A DNA stretch of 63,979 nt, filler included, from Octopus bimaculoides (GCF_001194135.2; 7 parts of 5 records of this genome joined end to end with filler, not necessarily neighbours in it); one strand, 5' to 3'; positions 1 to 12,065 are shown, counted from the first letter of the whole stretch. Notes: generated by a model not told the origin, from the letters alone. Made by a program: numbers and translations.

Positions 1-379
1 ATATACAGGCATACTATAAGACCCAAGTAAAAACATTCCCAACAATTCAACTTCTCTGGTTGACATTAACACCCCCACCCCCAATAGGGGCCTTCATTCC
101 CACATTTTAGAGCTCCATGAGCTCCATTTTGCAGGAGCAAAATCTTTTTCACAGGTTCCAGAAGACTGAAATTTTGGAATATGCGCATAAAGATCAATAG
201 TATGGGATACATGTCTCATGATTAGAATTTTTTAGGGTGTGTAAAGAGGGAAAGAACCCTCATGTGCAATTTTGATGAAATTCGAATCATATGTATTCCA
301 GTTCCTTGCAGAAAATATAACAGAAAAGTCTCATTTTTCAATTGCATGTAACACGGGCAACGCCGGGTATCTCTGCTAG
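1..379 (+). mobile_element. Non-autonomous Helitron-like element, 3' part
   Basis: Ends GGGCAACGCCGGG-TATCTCTG-CTAG|T: GC-rich hairpin followed by CTAG and a T, the standard Helitron 3' terminus. The reverse complement of the same terminus recurs at 7197-7226. The 5' end is not identified. Confidence 0.6.
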
Positions 380-1692
380 TAAATAAATATAATTCACAGT
401 TAAATACTGATCAACATTCATAACATACGAGCGAACCGAAAACCTAAACAAGGCAGACGTCTGGATGCTAATTTAAATAAACATATCCGATGGGACATGT
501 TTAGATATACGTACAGCTATACATATACACGAAAACAGATATATGTTTGTATGTTCGTACGCATACGCACAAAGACGTATATATGTATGTATATAAATAT
601 ACATACATATATGTGCATACATATATTAAAATAAACATACATAGATGCATACATGTATATACATATATTAAATTAAACATACATAATTGCATACACACAC
701 ACACACATATATATATACATATGTGGATATATATATATATATANNNNNNNNNNNNNNNNNNNNNNNNNNNNNNNNNNNNNNNNNNNNNNNNNNNNNNNNN
801 NNNNNNNNNNNNNNNNNNNNNNNNNNNNNNNNNNNNNNNNNNNNNNNNNNNNNNNNNNNNNNNNNNNNNNNNNNNNNNNNNNNNNNNNNNNNNNNNNNNN
901 NNNNNNNNNNNNNNNNNNNNNNNNNNNNNNNNNNNNNNNNNNNNNNNNNNNNNNNNNNNNNNNNNNNNNNNNNNNNNNNNNNNNNNNNNNNNNNNNNNNN
1001 NNNNNNNNNNNNNNNNNNNNNNNNNNNNNNNNNNNNNNNNNNNNNNNNNNNNNNNNNNNNNNNNNNNNNNNNNNNNNNNNNNNNNNNNNNNNNNNNNNNN
1101 NNNNNNNNNNNNNNNNNNNNNNNNNNNNNNNNNNNNNNNNNNNNNNNNNNNNNNNNNNNNNNNNNNNNNNNNNNNNNNNNNNNNNNNNNNNNNNNNNNNN
1201 NNNNNNNNNNNNNNNNNNNNNNNNNNNNNNNNNNNNNNNNNNNNNNNNNNNNNNNNNNNNNNNNNNNNNNNNNNNNNNNNNNNNNNNNNNNNNNNNNNNN
1301 NNNNNNNNNNNNNNNNNNNNNNNNNNNNNNNNNNNNNNNNNNNNNNNNNNNNNNNNNNNNNNNNNNNNNNNNNNNNNNNNNNNNNNNNNNNNNNNNNNNN
1401 NNNNNNNNNNNNNNNNNNNNNNNNNNNNNNNNNNNNNNNNNNNNNNNNNNNNNNNNNNNNNNNNNNNNNNNNNNNNNNNNNNNNNNNNNNNNNNNNNNNN
1501 NNNNNNNNNNNNNNNNNNNNNNNNNNNNNNNNNNNNNNNNNNNNNNNNNNNNNNNNNNNNNNNNNNNNNNNNNNNNNNNNNNNNNNNNNNNNNNNNNNNN
1601 NNNNNNNNNNNNNNNNNNNNNNNNNNNNNNNNNNNNNNNNNNNNNNNNNNNNNNNNNNNNNNNNNNNNNNNNNNNNNNNNNNNNNNNNNNNN

Positions 1693-2935
1693 NTATATAT
1701 ATATAATACAAAAAAGGGACAACAAACATCCAGACAGACGCAACAAAGGAAACAAGGACGGGTCATTCGGAGGTTTCTTTCCGCAGTCGAGTTCCAGATT
1801 ATCTTTGCAATTTCGGCAGGTTATACTCAAGATTGCTCCAATCTGGCCAGCCCCAAGGAAAAGCTAAGCTAAAATCATTAGATTCTTTGGAAGAAAGCAG
1901 CGAATGTATACGAACAAAAGGACGGGAAAAAAACGGAGAAATGTTACACAAATACAAATACAAATAACAGGACATAACAACAAGTGCCTTTCGACCAAGG
2001 ACGTATTAAATTACGCTGGCGTGTGTGGAAGTAAAGCCTTACGGCAGGGACATAGGATTTGACAGGGTTATACAGGCTCCATTTAGTGGGCACAGGTCTT
2101 TATCTCTGCAGGAACAGCCGGCTTCGTGGTGTTGTGTTGATTGTGCGTATTTTATGCTTTTAATGTTTGGGGTGGAACTAAAACTAATTTTTAGGTTATG
2201 CCTATTGAAAAGTTTTCTATATTTGTGATACATTGGAAAATGTCTATCTATAAGTGACAAGAAGTATTTACCTATATTAAGGATTACATCGAGGGAGTAA
2301 GGGGTGTGAACCAGATAATTTTCCTGTGTCTATGCTTCCTTTTCTTTATTTCTGGTCTAATAGTAGGGGGTGTAACCTATTTCCTCTTTAAATCCACTAG
2401 CTTTAAGGACATTGTTATATAGTGGAGCAGCATTATTAAATATATTTCTATTGGAAGAGAGGCTAGAAATTCTCCTACTAATATTCTTAACTAAATTCTT
2501 AAACACTATGGGGTGGAGGGCAGGAACCTACATTAATATAACTAAGTCTATCGTTGGGCTTCCTATGGGGCTTGCAAATATTCTTTTGTAAATCTAGAGA
2601 TACGCCAAGGAAATTGACAACCGTCAGGTTGGTATCTATTGTTACGCTAAGATCGAATGTTTTCATAAGTTGAATAATATCCTTCCTTAACCAATCTTGC
2701 GCTGGTCCATTGGTATTCTTAGTTAAAGCTATAAATAGCGAAATATACACCAGGAAAAGCTTTTCCTAACGTATCAAGCAGGAATAGCCCAATGAGATCG
2801 CATATTCCTGCTCCATCATATGACCCCCATGCTCACATCGAAAGAACCCTCGAATGAACAAAACATCCATGTTTCCATAGGTGAATTATTCAAATCCCAA
2901 AGAATTTCTCTCAAATCATGGTTATGATGCTCCCC
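1693..2935 (-). mobile_element. Penelope-like retroelement fragment (RT C-terminal half, thumb and Cys linker; GIY-YIG missing), Naiad-like, joined to a repeated 3' segment
   Basis: Frameshifted - strand translation gives FDVSMGSYDGAGICDLIGLFLL, VNFLGVSLDL..KPHRKPND..YIN, HFPMYHKYRKLFNRHNLKISFSSTPN and CSCRDKDLCPLNGAC. Segment 1700-2060 recurs at 21100-21480 and ends in (TA)n. Confidence 0.8.
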
Positions 2936-3173
2936 CACTACTACTACTTCTACTCGTGATCAGAAATGCACATATCGTCAGCCACTAAGAGACATGCTCA
3001 GCTGGTTAAGATCAAGCAACTGGCAAGCAAATCTGTTGTATTGAGCAGAACATTTGCTGTAGCCTATCTTTTATACCAAGATAAAACATGTACATGATAA
3101 CACTTCCAATCAGTTAAGATCAGAAGCCATGAGAGCCACTATCTGGTACTGTATCAGGGCATTTATTATTATT

Positions 3174-3392
3174 AAGGCGACGAGCTGGCAGAATCGTTAG
3201 CGCGCTTGACGAAATGCTTAGCGGTATTTCACCCGTTAAGTTCTGAGTTCAAATTCCGCCAAGGTCGACTTTGCTTTCCATCCTTTCGGGTTCGATAAAA
3301 TAAGTACCAGTTGAACACTGGGGGTCGATGTCATTGACACATCGCCTCCCTCAAAATGGCTGCACTTGTGGCAAAACTTGAAACCATTATTA
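3174..3392 (+). mobile_element. tRNA-derived SINE, family A
   Basis: AAGGCGACGAGCTGGCAGAATCGTTAG (A-box-like) ... GAGTTCAAATTCC (B-box-like) ... GGGGTCGAT core; about 20 related copies in the window. Confidence 0.85.
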
Positions 3393-3689
3393 TTTCCAAT
3401 AATGACACGAGACCACATATTTTAAGAGCGGATTGAGTAGGTGATATCGATCTCAGTATTTGACATGAAATTGTTTTATCTGACCCCAAAAAGATTAGCT
3501 ACAAACTTCAACAACTTTTCCGTAATCGATAAAAAATAAATCAATAAGTACTAGTCAAGTCTTGGTGTTAATTAAGTCGCCTCAACTCTTCTTGCTCACT
3601 TAATGTGTGGTCTAACGCTTTTGCCAGCAATCAACATTATCATAGAACAACAATAGTGACTAAGATCTTTGTAAATATGACGAATCCGT

Positions 3690-3947
3690 CTATATTATTA
3701 TATTGTCTAACATCGAATTTGGGTCATATGAAAAAACAGGAAAAGAAGGATAAATTTCTGTTTTAGCGCCGTCTGAATATCGGAACAGCATGTGTAAATA
3801 TTCAAATCCAAAAGGTTGGGTGTGGCGATATGATATAATATATTGTCGCATGCTCTGTTTTTGTTGTGCGATGCTAGCATTGAACGCTTTGACATTATCG
3901 AGGAAGTCAAGAGCTAAGCTCTTCTTACTTACCTCGTACTTCATAAG
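3690..3947 (-). CDS. Candidate terminal exon, unknown product
   Basis: 85-codon open frame in non-repetitive DNA (LMKYEVSKKSLALDFLDNVKAFNASIAQ...YDPNSMLDNIII*), preceded by TTCTTTTTTTTAAACATGATAG as a possible acceptor. No recognised motif. Confidence 0.3.
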   Translation of the reverse strand, partial: LMKYEVSKKSLALDFLDNVKAFNASIAQQKQSMRQYIISYRHTQPFGFEYLHMLFRYSDGAKTEIYPSFPVFSYDPNSMLDNIII

Positions 3948-4796
3948 CTATCATGTTTAAAAAAAGAATCGTTTCAGAGGGAAATAATAAACAACGCCGG
4001 CGGAGGTAGTGGTTTTGACGTCGGTAATGGTGATGGTGGGAAAATAGTTGTAGTAATAGAGAGAAGGTGGTAGGGATGGTAGTGGTGGTGGTGGTGAGAG
4101 TGGGACGATGGTGATACTCACAAAAACGAAATTTAATGCGTTGGCTAAGCTATTGAAATCATCTACGTATGTGTCTGTGTCTGCATGCATTTGTCTGTGT
4201 ATGTCCCTCTGCGTGTATTTCTGCGTGTGTGTACCAGTTTGCCTTTTAACAACGAGTCAGTCAAGGGTGTTACCTACACACCCACAAAGGTCAGGAGGTA
4301 ACCATTTCATCTGGCTAACACCTAAACGCTTTCCGAAGTCACTCTGCGTCGTCAGCGTTGCCTCGTTGTCGAGGTTATTTCTACGGTTTCTGAAATCCTG
4401 GGGCTATTCACAAGTGAATTTCATAAGTGTGAAGAAAGAGCCCTGAGTTCTATTTCCGACAGTACTTAATCTTTAAAGCCCCTGTATCCATGCCTCACTT
4501 ATGAGAGAAAATGACGGGAAGCCTGTCTAACTGAAAAAAAATGACAATACCGTAATCTGCTGTGGCCCACATTGACATGAAAGCATCTAGGGTCAGGTCG
4601 CTTTCGAGCGCTTACTGGTAACATGTAGCCCAGTACAACTTGTACGCTCGAGCCATCGGCGACTAAACCGATAACCCCCACCAAGCTTTCTTACTGAGGA
4701 AGGTGATTTATTGGTAATCCTGCGGGTCGAAAAACAAAACCTATCAAAGGGTGGAGGAACTCAAGAGAGTCAAAGGCCATCCCATAATGTGTTAAG

Positions 4797-4955
4797 ATGA
4801 GTGGCCAAGTGGTTAGGGTGCTGCACTTACAATCGAGAGATCATGGTCTCGATTCCCGGACCGGTTGTGCGTTGTTTTCTTAAAGCAAAACTCTTCATTT
4901 CACGTTTCTCCTGTTCACTTAACTGTAAATGGGTAACCTTGTGACGGATTAGCAC
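4797..4955 (+). mobile_element. tRNA-derived SINE head, family C
   Basis: GTGGCCAAGTGGTTAGGG (A box) ... TCGATTCCCGG (B-box-like); body resembles 24335-24410. Confidence 0.55.
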
Positions 4956-5482
4956 CATAAATAAGCCATACAATGAGTTATACAGCCTATCAACTATAGA
5001 GCGAATGACTACTTGAAGAATATTTAGTTTGTCGTTCTGAAATGAGGAGCAAGAGTAAAAAGGCCCAGTTGATTACTAATAATATCGATTTAATATTCAA
5101 TAGGTACTTATTTTATTAACTCCCCTACCCCCAAAAAGTTAAAGTTGACCATTACAAGACCTGATTTCAAAATGTAACTAAATATCGTATGGCTAACATC
5201 GTTTCGTCAATCACTTTTAACCAATCCACCGTCACAGCCGAAGTAAAGAAAATTTCAATATGAGGCATCTTCTAACAAGGGTTTCATTAAAACAATTATA
5301 AATATTATCATAGAATTAATGTCTGTATTATCTTTTAGAAATAAAAGTGGTGGGCCGGGTTAATTAAAGATCAGAAATGTTAATTGTAAGTCTAATTTTA
5401 AACGTACGTACATACAATAATACATTAACACACACATATGCCTGTTGATAATCTCGTCATACACACACATGCCCGTGGACAA

Positions 5483-5514
<32 letters not shown>

Positions 5515-5526
5515 GCCTGTTGATAA

Positions 5527-5563
<37 letters not shown>

Positions 5564-5659
5564 AGCAGCAAGATATCAGACAGACAAACACGGCCTCGAT
5601 AACAAAATGGGAGAGAAGTCACTAAAAAGGTTGCGAATGGCAACAAAAGAACTTTCACC

Positions 5660-5850
5660 AAAGCGGCGAGCTGGCAGAAACGTTAGCACGCCGGACGAAA
5701 TGCTTAGCAGTATTTCGTCGGCCGTTACGTTCTGAGTTCAAATTCCGCCGAAGTCGACTGTCTTTCATTCTTTCGGGGTCGATAAATCAAGTACCAGTTG
5801 CGTACTGGGGATTGATCTAATCACTTGGTCCCCTCTCCAAAAGTAGAAAA
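5660..5850 (+). mobile_element. SINE family A
   Basis: Clear similarity to 3174-3392. Confidence 0.85.
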
Positions 5851-6051
5851 GAACTTTCACCAAAAAAAAAAAAAACGATTGATTGTTTAACCAACAAATT
5901 AAACGATCGATTAGTTAAGTTGGATAAATATTTAACGAATTGGCAAATAATAAAGGGAAACAATTGAACAAGTGCGTGTGTCATTAATATTGGCGTAATG
6001 ATTCCCCCTAGACACAGCATAATTATAAACCTTTTTTTTTTGTGTACCTAT

Positions 6052-6385
6052 ATGCAGAGACGTGGCTGTGAGTTTAAGTTCACTTTGTAACCACGCAGTT
6101 TCGGGTTCAATGCACTGTGCGGCACTTAGGGCAAGCGTCTTCTAGCCCCGCGCTGACTAGTACCTTGTGAGTGAATAAACGGAAACTGTGGAATTCTGTC
6201 GTGTGTGTGTTTAACTCCCACCATCACTTGACAACCGGTATTGGTTTGTTTACATTTCAAAAGAGACCGATCAGATTTTCAAACAAAATAATTACTGGGG
6301 TCAGTTTGTCCGACTAAACCCTTCAAGGAGGTGACCCAGCATGGTTGCAGTCGAATAAATGAAACAAGCAAATGACAAAAGAGAC
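6052..6385 (+). mobile_element. SINE family B (tRNA-like head, microsatellite, 3' module), degenerate
   Basis: GTGGCTGTG...GGGTTCAA...GGGCAAG head, GT repeat, then CACCATCACTTGACAACC...CCAGCATGG..GCAGTC module also seen at 9375-9640, 15930-16075 and 40775-40904. Confidence 0.7.
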
Positions 6386-6553
6386 AAAACACTTGGTAGG
6401 TTCTGAATTTGGGTTCTAGAATGTTCTTTTAGAATATATATGTTTACTGTAAGTGAACGTGGCTTAGTACTAAACCAACAAAAAAATTCAAGATTGCATG
6501 AATGAAATAACATTTTACTTATTTATTTATATTTGTTTTATTTCTATTGCCAG

Positions 6554-7029
6554 AAAATGACCAGAAAGATTTCAGAAAAGATATTTATGCATCCGTATAC
6601 AAAAACCGAATGTTCGGTGACGTCACCGTCAGCTACAATAGAACTACCGACAAATTATTCCTAACTTACGGCAAGACTGGTTTGTTCGAACTTAACCGAA
6701 CCAGCACGAAAGATATGTTTCTCCTACAAGCACTTAAAGGTCTGCCTTATTACATCAGCAATGCAGACGGCTATCAGGGTGTGCTTTATGGCTATCTGTA
6801 TTTCAATCGTACATCCAATAATAGTAACACCGCACAAGACATTATAAGTGTAACTATACCAGACTTCGATCCCCAAGTACACCCGACCTTCCGCAAGACT
6901 TTAAAACCTATAAATATGTTGGAAAGATATGGACCAAATTATTTAAATTCATACAAGGCCATGAAAGGCCATTTTATATTGTTACTAGTGTGTGTCCTAA
7001 TCAGCATTGCTTTAATTAATCCATCTTAA
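6554..7029 (+). CDS. Terminal coding exon of a beta-lactamase-like serine hydrolase (gigasin-6/DUF3471-type C-terminal domain) with a probable GPI-anchor signal
   Basis: T-rich tract plus TTGCCAG acceptor (AG 6552-6553). About 158 uninterrupted codons: DIYASVYKNRMFGDVTVSYNRTTDKLFLTYGK resembles the Y.G.Y.N..(Y/F)G...V...L.L.YG pattern; several NxS/T sequons; hydrophobic end HFILLLVCVLISIALINPS*; ATTAAA at 7052-7057. The exon is well supported; the family call is from recalled motifs. Confidence 0.7.
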
Positions 7030-7196
7030 TTCAATAGGAGTTTCATGTTGTATTAAAAATATATGTGACACTTATTGTTAATCTCTTTATTGTACTAATT
7101 GCCTGTCTGCTACCTAAATCATCGTTTGTTTCAGACGCTTGGCACCTCTCAATTATTAAATATGTGTATACTGACAGGAAGTAAGGTTTATTATAT

Positions 7197-7480
7197 ACAA
7201 GCAGAGCAACCCGGCGTTGCCCGGGAATGAAATTGTTGCTTATATACTTGAAGAAAAAAGCAAAATATGCTGTATAGAAATCTGAGGACATTCTGTAGAT
7301 GGACTCTCAGATGAATGCTGACTGGGCACCTCTCATGAATTGGAAAATTGAAGATGCGCCAAAAAGCTTCATTGGTACTTGGAAACTTTTACGAAAATTA
7401 AAATGTGGCTTAAATGAAAAAAATGATTTACATGAATATCCTCACAAGAGTAATTGAAATAAATTGCGATTGTGGAACCC
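7197..7480 (-). mobile_element. Helitron-like 3' terminus (CTAG mutated to CTTG); extent uncertain
   Basis: ACAAGCAGAGCAACCCGGCGTTGCCCGG matches the reverse complement of about 353-380 with few mismatches. Confidence 0.5.
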
Positions 7481-7568
7481 CTCACGCACGCACGAAAGCA
7501 CGCGCACGCACACACACTGAGTATNNNNNNNNNNNNNNNNNNNNNNNNNNNNNNNNNNNNNNNNNNNN

Positions 7569-7580
7569 TTAATTAATTAA
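7569..7580. other. Assembly gap marker TTAATTAATTAA (artefact)
   Basis: Identical 12-mer with stops in all six frames, centred in N runs here and at 13505-13516, 23695-23706, 32517-32528, 57512-57523 and 62891-62902. Confidence 0.95.
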
Positions 7581-8086
7581 NNNNNNNNNNNNNNNNNNNN
7601 NNNNNNNNNNNNNNNNNNNNNNNNATATATATATATATATATAATATAGACGCACATGTATGTGCAACACATTTCTTTGCTTACATGCCCATTTGTTATT
7701 TATCTGTGAGTGGATTTCATAGACTTATGCATATATACATAAGTTTCTAAAACGTGTATGTAAATATATGTTAAACAGCAATATCTGTATTGTATGTACT
7801 GTAATATACAATCCAACACACACGCGCGCGCGTGTGCGCGCTTACTCTCGCAGACATGTGCATATATATATGTAATTGCACATAGGGGAACATGTATGCG
7901 TATATTGAAATAGTTTTCTATAAATTGCCTTTGTGAATTAGAGCCTATTCATTTATGTACATACATGTAATCCATATTCATATTTATACACACTTTCATA
8001 TTGTTGTATGTATTTTCTGTGTATTCGCAACATGTATTCAATCTAGCCTTCTATATATATCTGCACTCGTATCTATAGATACATAC

Positions 8087-8136
<50 letters not shown>

Positions 8137-8339
8137 ATATATTTATGTGTGTGTGTATATACGTATATGTATATATATATACATATATAAATATATATAT
8201 GTATATATACATATNNNNNNNNNNNNNNNNNNNNNNNNNNNNNNNNNNNNNNNNNNNNNNNNNNNNNNNNNNNNNNNNNNNNNNNNNNNNNNNNNNNNNN
8301 NNNNNNNNNNNNNNNNNNNNNNNNNNNNNNNNNNNNNNN

Positions 8340-8372
<33 letters not shown>

Positions 8373-8618
8373 TATATATAGATAGAAAGATAAGGAGAGA
8401 TAGATGGATAGATAGATAAATAGTTAGAGATATGTATACATACATATACAGATATGTATATGTGTGTATCTATCTAGCAATCAATCAAACTGTCTATCTA
8501 TTCATATGTATGTGTGTGTGTGTATATATACATATACATAGATATATAATACATACATATATGAATATGAGGAATATAGACGGTCAATGTAACTGATTTG
8601 ACAGAAATAGATAGCAAG

Positions 8619-8659
8619 CTACCTGGCGCTGGCCGGACCGACTGATGGTTTCATGGCAT
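8619..8659 (-). CDS. Candidate micro-exon or short terminal exon
   Basis: Strong acceptor TTTTTTTTTTTTATCCTTTCGTTCGTAG; reads (x)AMKPSVGPASAR* or ends at CAG|GTAGCT (8623). Confidence 0.3.
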
Positions 8660-9052
8660 CTACGAACGAAAGGATAAAAAAAAAAAACAGGAAAGAAAAA
8701 AAATAAGATAAAGAAAAAATTCTAGAAAATGGCAAATGACGACGTCTTATGGCACAAACCACTTGACAGAAGAGTAAAAATGATAAAAGCAACGACAACA
8801 ACAACACCAAGAAAAGTAGATTCGCATCCATGTGAGCATGCGCATACAATTGAAAATGGTCACGAGTGCAAAAAGACAACGAAAATTCGCACACATAAAA
8901 TACACACGCACACACACACAGAGGCACACCGACAGAGGCACACAGACGCATAAAGTAACAAACGCAGACATAGATATTCATAATAATATAGAAAATTGTA
9001 CACAATATGGCGACTCCAATTAAAATAAACACTCACATTACATCTATCCAGA

Positions 9053-9268
9053 AAGGGGCGTGCTGGCAGAAATGTTAGCACGCCGGGCGAAATGCTTAAC
9101 CATACTTCGTCTGTCTTTATTTTCTGAGTTCAAATTCCTCATAGTCCGACTTTGCCTTTTATCCTTCCGGTGTCGATAAATTAAGTAACAATTGCGTACT
9201 GGAGTTGATCTAATCGACTGGCCCCCGTCCCCAAAATTTCGGGCCTTGTGCCAAGAGTAGAAAAGAAT
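9053..9268 (+). mobile_element. SINE family A
   Basis: Similarity to 3174-3392. Confidence 0.85.
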
Positions 9269-9374
9269 ACATACATCCATAGTTAAGTACGAAGAGAGGC
9301 CGTGGAAAGAATTGTTACGTTTTAAGAAACTAATATGAAGTGACGGGCGTGACTTTGAAGAACCAAGTAATTGT

Positions 9375-9640
9375 GATTATCTCTATACTCCTCTACACGT
9401 TTCAGTCGCTCGATTGCGTCCGTGCTGGAGCAACGCCTTTTAATAGAAGAAATCGATCCCAGGTCTTTGTACGCCTAGTACTTGTTCTATCGTTCTTTTG
9501 CCGAACCGCTAGGCTTCAGAGACATAAACACACCAACATCGGTTGTCAAGCGATGGTGGTGGTGAGGGACAAACACAGACGCAAAGACACACACGCACCC
9601 ACATAAATATATATACACGATGGGCTTCTTTCACACGCTT
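9375..9640 (-). mobile_element. SINE family B, 3' module
   Basis: Similar to 40775-40904 and 15930-16075. Confidence 0.75.
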
Positions 9641-9699
9641 ATATATTCTCACGGTCGTACGTTCGACGCTCTAACCACTGAGCCATGCGCCTTCACATA

Positions 9700-10075
<376 letters not shown>

Positions 10076-10695
10076 TTATTTATGTATCAAAGGATCAAAA
10101 AGATCCAATTCAATGACGTACTTCACACATTTTTAATCATAACGTATATATTTATTATTAAAATTTCGACCTGACCCTAGTACGAGCGTTTCAATTATTT
10201 ACAACTTATCTTTAGAGGACATTTTTTTCACATGCATAATAATCTCTTTTGTAAATATTACGCAATATTTAAGTAAGTTTATAACAAACAATTTAGGGAA
10301 TCAAGGAAANNNNNNNNNNNNNNNNNNNNNNNNNNNNNNNNNNNNNNNNNNNNNNNNNNNNNNNNNNNNNNNNNNNNNNNNNNNNNNNNNNNNNNNNNNN
10401 NNNNNNNNNNNNNNNNNNNNNNNNNNNNNNNNNNNNNNNNNNNNNNNNNNNNNNNNNNNNNNNNNNNNNNNNNNNNNNNNNNNNNNNNNNNNNNNNNNNN
10501 NNNNNNNNNNNNNNNNNNNNNNNNNNNNNNNNNNNNNNNNNNNNNNNNNNNNNNNNNNNNNNNNNNNNNNNNNNNNNNNNNNNNNNNNNNNNNNNNNNNN
10601 NNNNNNNNNNNNNNNNNNNNNNNNNNNNNNNNNNNNNNNNNNNNNNNNNNNNNNNNNNNNNNNNNNNNNNNNNNNNNNNNNNNNNNNNNNNNNNN

Positions 10696-10757
<62 letters not shown>

Positions 10758-10774
10758 TTGTATCTGTGTTTCTT

Positions 10775-10965
10775 AGCTACCACGGCTTCGCAACTAGTGT
10801 TCGTTTGTTTACGCCCAAAAACTTAGTGGTTTCGCAAAAATAAAGATAACAGCCGATAGAATAAATATCGACTTAAAATTTTTAGTGGGATCGATCTGTT
10901 CGATTAATATCCTTCAAGGCGGTGCCCCAGCATGGCCACAATTCAACGACAGATGGGAGATAAAA
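10775..10965 (+). mobile_element. SINE family B, 3' module
   Basis: GGTGTTCGTTTGTTTACG...CCGATAGAATAA...GGTGCCCCAGCATGGCCAC. Confidence 0.65.
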
Positions 10966-11307
10966 AGAAGGAAGTAGCAAACGAGACAGAACGAGCGCAA
11001 GGAAGAATAAAAAGGAAAACAAAGAGTTCCGATATGTCATCAGACGTCATTCATGGTTAGAATATTTAAGCGCTAGTTAAACATCTTGAGATAATCATAT
11101 TTGAATGTTTAATGTACAACACTTTACTAATTATCCATTTATATTATTGTTTATACATTAAATACAGACTAATTAAAGAATAATTATTTAATTAGACTTA
11201 ACATAATACTTATTAGAAATCATTAAATAAATAATTTTCCATATCTATATTAATAAAAATACGAAGTACTTAACGTTATTTGTATAGTATTTTGATAGAT
11301 GTTGTTA

Positions 11308-12065
11308 TCTGGTACAGCACGAAGATGGCAAGCTGGCAAATCATAAGCGCGCCTTTCATCCTTTCAGGGTCGATAAATAAAGTACCAGTTAATTTAATTA
11401 CCAGATTTAATCGACTGACACTCTCTCCCAAAATTTCGGGCCTTGTGCCTAGGATAGAAAAGAATCGTTAGTACGCCGGGTGACATGCTTAGCAGCATTT
11501 CGTCTGCCGCTACGTTCTGAGTTCGAATTCAGCCAAGGTCGACTTTGCCTTTCGGGGTCGATGAAATAAGCACCAGTTACGCACTGGAGTTGATATAACC
11601 GACTAGGCCCCTTCCGCAAAAAATTTCAAGGCTTTGTGTCTAGAGTAGAAATAATCATTACCTGGTACAGCACGAAAGCGGCAAGATGGCAGAATCGTTA
11701 CCATGCCGGGCGAAATGCTTAGTGGTATTTCGTCTGTCTTTACATTCTGAGTTCAAATTCTGCCGAGGTTGACTTTGCCTTTCATCCTTTCGGGGTCGAT
11801 AAATTAAGTACCAGTATCAAGATTATTAGTATAGTATATTGATAAAAATTATTACCTGGTACAGCATGAAGGCAGCAAGATGCAGAACCGTTAGCACGCC
11901 GAGGAGAATGCAAAGGAACAATTCGTCCGTCTTAAAGTACTGAGTTCCATCCTCACCGGGGACGAAGTTCATCCTTTCTCAGTCAATAAGCACCATTCGA
12001 ACACTTGGATCGCTGTAATCGTCGCACCTCCCCGCACAATTTCATATTTTTGTCTATAATAGAAA
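11308..12065 (+). mobile_element. Tandem array of about four family A SINE units
   Basis: Units start near 11308, 11460, 11661 and 11855; three share the 5' flank CTGGTACAGCA(C/T)GAA. Confidence 0.85.

Noticed and set aside
1760-1800. CTG(A/C)GGA...CGAA hammerhead-like string in the repeat at 1760-1800 and 21180-21220 (- strand)
   Set aside because: No helix II or helix I pairing and no GAAA/NUH arrangement.
501-1872. Long ORFs spanning N runs (also near 19442, 22322, 25098, 29236 and 45867)
   Set aside because: They are open only because N codons cannot be stops; the flanks are (TA)n/(CA)n translations.
4690-4740. CTGAGGAAGG...GAAA
   Set aside because: Seven unpaired nt lie between the imperfect stem and GAAA, and there is no helix I or III.
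7569-7580. TTAATTAATTAA repeated six times with N spacers, superficially array-like or CRISPR-like
   Set aside because: Always centred in equal-sized N runs: a scaffolding gap marker, not biology.
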